This document shows, piece by piece, positions 59,101-64,000 of a DNA stretch of 64,000 nt (within the stretch, counting starts at the first letter, position 1; each line of letters opens with the position of its first letter). The translations under genes and the position numbers were made by a program. The notes under the pieces are model-generated. The model was not told where the DNA came from. It saw nothing but the letters and a program-made list of their open reading frames with translations, and ran no database searches. The DNA is from an uncultured Bacilli bacterium (GTDB lineage: Bacteria > Bacillota_I > Bacilli_A > RF39 > UBA660): the NCBI GenBank assembly GCA_910588025.1, contig CAJUQG010000003.1, forward strand, positions 8,114 through 72,113, written 5' to 3'.

Positions 59101-59394
59101 TTTTCCACCGACATAGACATATAATTTCTCACTTGTTTTTAATTGGATTACTCCTGTCGAGTAACCACCTTTACCACTTGGTCCTAGATTGCTTTGTTGA
59201 TGGTCTCCTCCACCTTCTGCTCCCCAAACTTCTAATTTATATTTTCCTTGAACAGGAGCAATAAATTCTTGTGAGTCACCTGTATATGAAAAAACAAATT
59301 CTTCATTAATTTCTACCGCTTTAATTTCTAGTGGAAAAAAAAGAAAGAAAAAAAGAAAAATAAAAAAACTTTTTTGATATTTATTGATACTCAT
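50110..59394 (-). CDS. giant (~3094 aa) secreted protein: 3 ALK/LTK-type glycine-rich domains, >20 cadherin-like repeats, Big_2, C-terminal dockerin-like pair (paralogue of 41882..50002)
   Basis: Signal peptide (MSINKYQKSFFIFLFFFLFFPLEIKA). Three Gly-rich domains starting with YTGD(S/Y)QEF-AP...LEVWGA-GGG and containing SGGGATDIR(F/L)...W(N/D)(D/N)-SSLLSR(I/L)IVAGGGGG. C-terminal ~205 aa identical to the 41882 paralogue. ATG 59394 (59409 is non-ATG). Confidence 0.8.
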   Translation of the reverse strand: MSINKYQKSFFIFLFFFLFFPLEIKAVEINEEFVFSYTGDSQEFIAPVQGKYKLEVWGAEGGGDHQQSNLGPSGKGGYSTGVIQLKTSEKLYVYVGGKGTFCQGGYCTVPGGFNGGGSGWKRTAASDTWNPVASGGGATDIRFTKGEWNDSSSLLSRIIVAGGGGGGGVDNGEPGGHGGGLEGILVNAESGYGGTQTTGWKFGEGFSANVNTLSYINSTYGGNGGGGGWYGGYYSAGPSKWEGSGGGSGFIWTPESVLNVPKGYHVSEQYFLTDAKTIAGNASMPTHDGKSTMIGNKADGYAKITLLEKTSPLDGEKPPISLTDLELTPFFENNTLNYETVLPASPYKTTITYDETKFMWAHNVGETTLEKDKIHQVILMDLEGNIFIYNIYPVIAKAKLNNLTFENFTSFESNVYEYDITVNHTTTKFNPLIETDEETTYTISSNDLSVGKNIVTINVSKPNCENTTYKFNINREFEQTVNSKPLETTFNYTGDYQEFVAPYSTYYTLEVWGARSGGSHQNSELGIAGLGGYSKGKLYLNAGDKLYIYVGAEGSWCGNSICISSPSFNGGGTGYKTMNSTRDPVASGGGATDIRLVPGPWDNETSLLSRIIVAGGGGGSGMDGERGGDGGGLSGYSYSTSYGAPGTQNSGWSFGGGFNANASTIGYISSQYGGSGGGGGWYGGKNSLGRGFHSAGGGSGFVLNESSSKNVPDGYIATNKYYLKETETLAGNQYMPTYDGSSVMLGNNAAGYAKISYYSTDDLDELLEITVDKGVLTPEFHEGTFDYDLSLNVGDTTITFDATTKKQEALITGLGTFNVPAGDQDFTITFTNLNGEISIYTIHVTRPASASAQLKGFKVNGLLYVNFDPTKFDYEMELPTEITKINLELLKLYPGQKIPENTIYEFTENELVINIVVSSEGDLQNQPYTFTFKRKRASLLKSLEIDGGVLTSAFSPIKKDYTLEILNFTREVPMIATPFFEDAKVTIVENRYVSEKEKQITITVDLDGVSSTVYTLNLKRIEPILDPVNEGFTYTGDYQTFIAPSPALYTLEVWGASGGGHHQNSELGIGGLGGYAKGSVYLNKGDTLYIYVGKEGTWCGGKICTTAPSFNGGGSGYKAINTSNDPAASGGGSTDIRLVSGPWNDQSSLLSRLIVAGGGGGGGMDGERGGDGGGLSGYSYSTSYGAPGTQTAGWSFGGGFNASASTISYISARYGGPGAGGGWYGGYNSRGSGWHGAGGGSGFIWTSNSKNNVPNGYSVDQKYYLNDTEMISGNQKMPNYDGTNLMDGNRGNGYAKITATPGIVGDTFLDNIIIDHGNVTIPFEPWTYTYEIDLPKEYNSIDILAIPKSQEASILGNGDITLHPGLNEHKIVVSTKDGANKTYTLKINREPSDDSKAKDIVLKNPVAYLCGLSPSYCNYTFDSDITSYEILLPFLTEKISLTPTLKSDYQTIKYYRNEPENEEENRIEQTSDTFEIHSGINIIEIDITSEDGLHTTTYTYKIRKDDSGNNNLAILNVTNPQNEKTEITFNPSTYEYYITIPAEFAQIELEAIPENPDATVTISGNENLMTGLNEIRILVTAPNKNQKTYILYTYKEQSTNTFLSNLEVIKENQEKVELTPTFNKLLNDYTAVVDATTKKITINAASEAGSVTGTGVFELVSGKNSFPITVTSESGDTNIYEIVIMKSRNNNSSLLNIEIEGYEISPEFSKDIKNYTVTIPKNVDKLNVKVTPEENTTTYTIRGNNNLTEKSNIIVITSIAEDKTYQVYQIVVLKESSTNNYLQNIEVTGGTLNEEFNKENLSYTIDVDGSVNEITLKGIKEDNASNIKGNGTYALVKGENIITLTVTSEDGVDRVYTIKVNKRLDDNTELESITNNRGSVVIENIDPTKDYDYLINVQYEISSIDITGTPKSNTSNVIGNGTYNLIPGEENKITLRVTAEDGSAKDYVIKVVRDKSDNDDLDFLYIEEGGLSPIFNETTIYYEVKVPFNTNILHMTAIPESPYAFVDVTDSNNIDTYKFTIDVSSLNPNDTKDIDIVVTAQNGNVKIYTTHIIKQENTNEDLTLSSLDTNRGELTPTFNPTILNYELTVEHDIEDITITASAFDESATIKGLGTYPLKVGKNSIPIFVVGNSQIQKDYQIVITRKKSSDASLTNLVVKNHVLSPSFSKDVTEYHLTTSKTNLEFTMINPTETDATYEIIGNQNFQTGENTVTIKVTAPDGETTKEYKIIVEKTGSKNNNLASLEVVEYNLTPTFHKGVTFYATEVNNDVNSVVISATSEDANATITGTGLKKIETGENYFEIVVTSETGDKKVYTVLITKEASDNNYLASLNTNEGTLNPIFQKETTDYTINVTHEIESISLNGKAEDVNATITGFGNYNLNEGENNITILVTSESGLVRSYNIKIIRESIISAFLKELSVTNFALDTEFNKEILEYFITVPNDTEQLNITAIAEDKNASVEITGQDSLEIGMNEIHIKVTASDSTTTLEYIIYVNKEMSTNNYLSSLIPSIGNLDPIFNPTVMDYTIEVPRETQNITINATTQDASSKIISGVGVHELNIGSNIISIKVKSAIGITRTYKVNVIRTPANNNYLKNLKVMHILENIPLNPEFQKETNEYSLTVPSDLNFIQIKAEAESEFATVTNTGTKELVTGLNRFEIEVKAEDGTINTYILNITKEVSSNNYLSSLIPSTGVLSPEFNKELLEYNLDLSYEISDLSFNATLESNLASVKGLENKIVPEGLSVREITVTAEDGSVRVYKININKETASEVRLKELAIIDYPITFDSNTFTYTIEVPHSKDILYQNEITAIPMDPNATVNLMGDLNLYAGASTEYIIEVIARDGYTTQEYKIIVKRAKFDLESITPSETSILLDVGELKQITYTFTPEITSFTEVKWTSDDETIASVDEFGNITGVGYGTTTIHVISNYDENIKASIEVKVIRKKITSSVYQIERKEKEDGSKLEYTYGSEPGILLKDYLNNFENETTTLYVYDKEGNEVDKETIIASTFMKIKLIVEDVCYDELIIVVKGDLTGDGYITGPDRVRLQRYMQMKVELEEIEMIAADVTNDKEVTGPDRVKLQRYMQMKIDSVN

Positions 59395-59440
59395 AATAAC
59401 ACTTCCCAATATTTATTAACCAGACTATTCTACTATAAAT

Positions 59441-59475
59441 AGAGTATAACACTTTTTGTCGACTTTTGTCATTTT
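59441..59475 (-). promoter_or_regulatory. sigma-A-type promoter of the 50110..59394 gene (paralogous copy)
   Basis: RC of 59467..59472 is ATGACA; RC of 59443..59449 is TTATACT; 17-nt spacer; flanking sequence about 85% identical to 50020..50065. Confidence 0.5.
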
Positions 59476-59576
59476 AATTTGCTCAGTATGGGAAGATTTT
59501 TCAAAGAACGCAAAAAAAATACCCACTTTCGTAAGTATTTTTGATATTTACCCATTTTAAGATCAAGAACTAAAAA

Positions 59577-60035
59577 TTATTTTTCTTCAAAACCACATTC
59601 TAAAACGATTTCCATACGATAGTCTTTTTTACCAAAAGGCTCTTGTGGATAAATGATTACTTTACTATTTTGTTTATGGCATTCTTCCTTCGTTTTTGAG
59701 TTTACAAAGGCGTCAAGTTTTTCTTTATTTTCTTCTGTTTTATATCTTGATAAACCATCTAAATTAATTTTAATTCCTAAATCAGTATAGTTTTTTAAAA
59801 ATTTTGCTCTCTCTTCATCATTTTTACCAATTTGTTCATAGTACAAATCTTCATAGAAAGATACGCCCATTTCTTTCATATATTTTTTTAAGGTAGCTTC
59901 TTCATTGTTATTTTGTAATAATAAAACAATTAATAAAATGATGGCGATTATTATAATGAAACCTACACCAAATAAAAGACTCTTTTTCTTATCTTTCTTT
60001 AATATTTCTATCCATGATTTTACTTTTTCTTTCAT
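59577..60035 (-). CDS. hypothetical membrane-anchored protein
   Basis: 152 aa, N-terminal TM (LLFGVGFIIIIAIILLIVLLL) then a soluble domain with no recognisable motifs. Confidence 0.55.
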   Translation of the reverse strand: MKEKVKSWIEILKKDKKKSLLFGVGFIIIIAIILLIVLLLQNNNEEATLKKYMKEMGVSFYEDLYYEQIGKNDEERAKFLKNYTDLGIKINLDGLSRYKTEENKEKLDAFVNSKTKEECHKQNSKVIIYPQEPFGKKDYRMEIVLECGFEEK

Positions 60036-60086
60036 CCTAAATACTCCTTCTTTTCACAACTTATTATATCATAAAAATAATTTATG

Positions 60087-60794
60087 TCATCCCATTTTTC
60101 CAGCATGAATAATGACTCTTTTGGTTTCATCATAATAGCATGTGGAAAGGGTTAATGTTTGTTTTAAATTTTCTCTTTTTTGAAATAGCGAATGATTTGA
60201 TTCAAAATAGGCTTGGTGCTTGTCTAGTGGGGTTTCATCTGATTCGTCGGTAATATAAGCAGCATAGACAAGATATTCCATTGTAGATGCTTCGGTATGA
60301 ATTATGATTTTTATATCATTACCCAGTTTTCCTTCTTGAATTTTAATTAATTCTCCAAATATAGTATCTTTATAAGTATTGTGCCCAAATAAAATGGTAT
60401 TATTGTCACTAAAATCAGAGCTGTTTTGGTAATTCATGAATACAGAACCATAAATATTGTATTTTCTTAATAGATCATGATTTAAGTAAAACGAATTGTC
60501 TTGTCCTTTGACGATAGCATAATTAATATTGGTCTTGGGAATCTCAATCCAACCAACGACATCAGGATTCATGGCTTTTAATTTTGAAAAATCGATTTGT
60601 TGTTTTGTTTCTCCTTCAATTACATCCGTTTGAATTACTTGATTTATAATCATTTCTTGAACTTTGCTAGCTTCTTTTTCATAATATATTTTTTGACCAA
60701 TTGGAATCATTGAGAAACCAAATAAAAGAACTAGAACAAAGATACTACCATTTATGATCAATTTTTTATATTTTGTTTTTAATTTTCGTTTCAT
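60087..60794 (-). CDS. srtB: class B sortase
   Basis: Signal anchor, DVVGWIEIPKTNINYAIVKG, GSVFMNYQN, NNTILFGHN (His), TLTLSTCYYDETKRVIIHAGK (TLxTC Cys and Arg); closely parallels S. aureus SrtB motifs. ATG at 60794 (60803 is GTG). Confidence 0.85.
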   Translation of the reverse strand: MKRKLKTKYKKLIINGSIFVLVLLFGFSMIPIGQKIYYEKEASKVQEMIINQVIQTDVIEGETKQQIDFSKLKAMNPDVVGWIEIPKTNINYAIVKGQDNSFYLNHDLLRKYNIYGSVFMNYQNSSDFSDNNTILFGHNTYKDTIFGELIKIQEGKLGNDIKIIIHTEASTMEYLVYAAYITDESDETPLDKHQAYFESNHSLFQKRENLKQTLTLSTCYYDETKRVIIHAGKMG

Positions 60795-60893
60795 AGGACT
60801 CACTCATTTTTATTATTATAGCATTTTTTCTAATTATTTTAATATGAGTATTTTTGGGTCTTCTTTTTTTATTCAAGTTTTATCATTCTTTTG

Positions 60894-63203
60894 TTAATTT
60901 TTAAAAAGATTTTTATAAATTTCTTTGTAATTACTTACTTCAATAATGTTTAAACTTTGTTTTACAAAATCCGGAACTTCTTCTAAATCTGGATGATTTT
61001 TTTTGGGAATAAAAACCGTTTTTATTTTTTCGTTATAAGCTCCAATTAGTTTTTCTTTTAATCCTCCAATCGGTAAAACGTCTCCTCTTAAAGATATTTC
61101 TCCAGTCATAGCAACTTCATTGGATATTTTTTCGTTACGAATTAAACTAATTAAAGAAGTTGTAATCGTAACACCGGCACTTGGTCCATCTTTTGGAATC
61201 GCCCCTTCTAGAGCATGAAGATGAAAATCTTTTTTATGAAAATAAAAGTCATTTACTTTTAATTCGTTACAATGCGCTTTAATATAGCTAAGGGCAACTT
61301 CGATACTTTCTTTCATGACTTTACCAAGAGAGCCAGTACAAACAATTTTGCCACTTCCTTCATACATACATGATTCTAAAGGAAGGACTTTGCCACCAAA
61401 TGAAGTATAAGCAAGACCACAAACGAATCCAGGACTCATATGTTTCGAAATATTTTCCTCACTATATTTTTTTTCTCCTAAATAAGAAGTAATATCTTTT
61501 TTGGAAACATTTTTTTTGCATTCAGTTTCGCTATTTTCGGTGATTACTTTTCTTACAATACTTTCTAATACCCTTTTTAAATCACGTACTCCAGCTTCTT
61601 TGGTGTAATATTTTATTAGATATTCTAACGTAGAATCATTTATTTTTATTTCTTCTTTACTACTTTTATGCTCTTTTAAAATCGTTGGTAATAAATGATT
61701 TTTGGCAATATCCATTTTTTCAAATAAGGTATAACTTGATAATTCAATGATTTCTAAACGGTCTCGTAATTCACTTGGAATATTGTACTGATTATTAGCA
61801 GTTAAGATAAAGAAAATATGAGATAAATCAAAAGGTTCTTCGATGTAATTATCCATGAATGTTTCATTTTGTTCGGGATCTAAAATATCTAATAAGACAC
61901 TGGCTGGATCTCCTTTGTAATCATTGACCATTTTATCGATTTCATCAATTAGTAATAAAGGATTTTTTGTCGCACATTTTTTTAAGCCTTGCATAATTTT
62001 TCCGGGAGATGAACCAATATAAGTTCTTCTATGCCCATTTAATTCCGTAGAATCGTTTAAACCTCCCACACTGATTTTATAAAACTCTTTTTTGAGACTT
62101 TTGGCAATGGATGAGGCAATAGAAGTTTTTCCTACTCCTGGCGGACCAACTAAGCAAAGAATCGGACTACGCATGTCAGGATTTCTTTTTTTGATGGCAA
62201 CATATTCGATGATGCGTTGTTTTAAATCTTCTAATCCATAATGGGATTGATTTAAACTTTCTTTTATTTTGGTTAAATCGGTTTCATCGTTACTTTCTTC
62301 ATTCCAAGGAAGTGCAAAAATCCAATCTAAATAATTACGAATAATTGAGGAATCGGGACTCATCTCAGGGGTTAAATCATATTTTTTTATTTCATAAGCT
62401 ATTTTTTCTTTGGTTTTAGCATTTATTTTTAAGGTATCTAATTTATTTAAAAACGCTTCAACTTCTTGTTTTTTAGGATCTTCTACACCCAATTCTTTTT
62501 CGATTTCACGTAATTTTTCTCGTAAAATAAATTCTTTCTGATTTTCTTCTAATTCTGTTTGAAGATTTTTTTCAATTTTATTATCTATTTTAATCGCTTG
62601 TAATTCTAATTGTAAATCATGAATTAATTCCTCAGCACGTTTTAAAGGATTAATTTCTTCCATGTAACCAATCTTTTTTTCAAAGGAAAGAGGAATAAAT
62701 GAGGAGACCATATCGGTAAGAAGTCCAACGGAATTAATTTCGTCCATCGTTGTTAAAATACTGTTAGAAATATTAGGACTTACTTTTATATAACGTTTTA
62801 ATAAGGATCTTAATTTTCGTTTGAAAGCTAATTCTTCGGCTTCTGATATTTTTTGTTTGGGTAATTCTTTGTAATGACATTTTAGCATTTCATCGTTTTT
62901 AGTACTAAAATACTTTTCTATTTTTACACGACGAAGACCTAATAGTTTTACTCGTAAGTGCCCATTTGGTAATTCAATGGGGTTCATAATTTTACCAATG
63001 ACTCCAATAAGTGGTAAATCATCCACATCAGGAATTTCTTCTAATTCATTTTTGGGACAGACTATTAAAACTTCATGATCGAACTTTTTGCCTGATAATA
63101 AAATAACTTCTTTGGTTAAATCATTATTTAGTTCAAGCTTTACCTCTTGATTCGGGAGTAAGATTAATTTTTTTAGTAGCATTACGGGTAATGTATTCGG
63201 CAT
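60894..63203 (-). CDS. lon: ATP-dependent Lon protease (LonA)
   Basis: N-terminal LON domain, AAA+ Walker A GPPGVGKTS, Walker B LLIDEIDK, protease domain PKDGPSAGVT with Ser-Lys dyad. Confidence 0.92.
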   Translation of the reverse strand: MPNTLPVMLLKKLILLPNQEVKLELNNDLTKEVILLSGKKFDHEVLIVCPKNELEEIPDVDDLPLIGVIGKIMNPIELPNGHLRVKLLGLRRVKIEKYFSTKNDEMLKCHYKELPKQKISEAEELAFKRKLRSLLKRYIKVSPNISNSILTTMDEINSVGLLTDMVSSFIPLSFEKKIGYMEEINPLKRAEELIHDLQLELQAIKIDNKIEKNLQTELEENQKEFILREKLREIEKELGVEDPKKQEVEAFLNKLDTLKINAKTKEKIAYEIKKYDLTPEMSPDSSIIRNYLDWIFALPWNEESNDETDLTKIKESLNQSHYGLEDLKQRIIEYVAIKKRNPDMRSPILCLVGPPGVGKTSIASSIAKSLKKEFYKISVGGLNDSTELNGHRRTYIGSSPGKIMQGLKKCATKNPLLLIDEIDKMVNDYKGDPASVLLDILDPEQNETFMDNYIEEPFDLSHIFFILTANNQYNIPSELRDRLEIIELSSYTLFEKMDIAKNHLLPTILKEHKSSKEEIKINDSTLEYLIKYYTKEAGVRDLKRVLESIVRKVITENSETECKKNVSKKDITSYLGEKKYSEENISKHMSPGFVCGLAYTSFGGKVLPLESCMYEGSGKIVCTGSLGKVMKESIEVALSYIKAHCNELKVNDFYFHKKDFHLHALEGAIPKDGPSAGVTITTSLISLIRNEKISNEVAMTGEISLRGDVLPIGGLKEKLIGAYNEKIKTVFIPKKNHPDLEEVPDFVKQSLNIIEVSNYKEIYKNLFKN

Positions 63204-63326
63204 AAAATCCCCCTCTTTTCGAAACGTTTTTATTATATCGATAGATTACGAGAAAGTAAATGTTTTTTGCTAATATTTCTAAGAATTTTACTACTTCTTC
63301 AACTTAAGAAACAAAAAGAACAAGTC

Positions 63327-64000
63327 TTATTTACTTGCTCTAATTATTTCCATTGCTTCACGCATTTTCATATCATATTTTACAACTTCTATTGAACCAT
63401 AAGCTTGTAATAATTCTTCTTTCGTAATTCCATAGTTTTCAGCCATTTCAGTTGCTTTCTTTTCAACTTCTTCGTCTTTGAAGTCAATTTTTTCTACTTC
63501 AGCGACTTCTTCTAGAAGGTAACGATATTTAACTCGTTTGGTTGCTTCTGGTTCCATTTGTTCATGTAATTTTTCATGAGTGATTCCCGTAAATTGTGCA
63601 TATTGTTCTAAAGTAAGACCTTGCATTTTTAATTGATCTTCGAATTGATGAATCATACGATGAACTTCATCATCTAAAATTTCTTTATTCAATTCAATGG
63701 TCATATTTTCTGCCGCTTTTTCTAAACAACTTTCTAGGTATTGGTCATCGATTTCTTTTTCTTTGCGTTCTTTGATTACTTTTTCGACTTCTTTTTCTAA
63801 TTCTTCTTTGGTAGTAACTTTATCGTATCCTAAATCTTTAAAAAATTCTTCATTGATTTCTGGTAATACACGAGTTTTAATTTCCATGATTTCAACATCA
63901 AATGTTACATCTTTGCCACCTAAGTCTTGCGCATAATTTTCTGGAAATTTTAATTCTAATGTTTTTTTGTCACCTTTTTTTAAGCCAATTAAACCACTTT
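63327..64000 (-). CDS. tig: trigger factor (3' portion; gene continues beyond the window end)
   Basis: The frame stays open past the internal Met at 63887 to the window edge. Upstream residues ...KKGDKKTLELKFPENYAQDLGGKDVTFDVEIMEIKTRVLPE match the trigger-factor FKBP/PPIase region; C-terminal arm domain follows; lon downstream. Confidence 0.8.
   Translation of the reverse strand, partial: SGLIGLKKGDKKTLELKFPENYAQDLGGKDVTFDVEIMEIKTRVLPEINEEFFKDLGYDKVTTKEELEKEVEKVIKERKEKEIDDQYLESCLEKAAENMTIELNKEILDDEVHRMIHQFEDQLKMQGLTLEQYAQFTGITHEKLHEQMEPEATKRVKYRYLLEEVAEVEKIDFKDEEVEKKATEMAENYGITKEELLQAYGSIEVVKYDMKMREAMEIIRASK

Noticed and set aside
24492-60803. Mobile genetic element / genomic island with mobility genes
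   Set aside because: No integrase, transposase, recombinase, tRNA attachment site or flanking direct repeats were recognisable; the accessory nature is inferred only from content.

Overview
This 64-kb window comes from a low-GC (~30%) Firmicutes-type chromosome. Nearly every gene is on the minus strand. It has three parts.

1) 1-24.3 kb, housekeeping and envelope genes: rpe, rsgA, prkC, stp and rlmN in the classic Firmicutes order. Then a cell-envelope stress/resistance block (YiiX-like hydrolase, LiaG-like DUF4097, LiaF-like, rhodanese, BceRS-BceAB-type peptide-antibiotic resistance module, PBP5-type D,D-carboxypeptidase). Then fmt, priA, a Mug-like DNA glycosylase, an NfeD/SPFH pair, and ileS preceded by an Ile T-box leader.

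2) 24.5-60.8 kb, a roughly 36-kb accessory cell-surface island. It encodes a Cys/His-rich lipoprotein with a 45-bp proline-rich tandem repeat and an orphan kinase-like protein. It also encodes a sortase-B-type (NPQTG) anchored protein with an N-terminal cohesin-like module and Big_2 repeats. There are four dockerin-bearing proteins, three of them giants of 2434, 2719 and 3099 aa built from dozens of cadherin-like beta-sandwich repeats. The two largest carry tandem ALK/LTK-type glycine-rich domains. A type-I membrane protein with a long charged cytoplasmic tail and a class B sortase gene are also present. The two largest genes are tandem paralogues sharing an identical ~750-bp 3' end and a conserved promoter.

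3) 60.9-64 kb: lon and the 3' part of tig.

No rRNA, tRNA, CRISPR array, transposase or integrase was seen. The most interesting feature is the cohesin/dockerin plus sortase B surface system built around glycine-rich (ALK-like) giant proteins; it does not look like a cellulosome and appears to be an undescribed adhesion or surface-assembly system.
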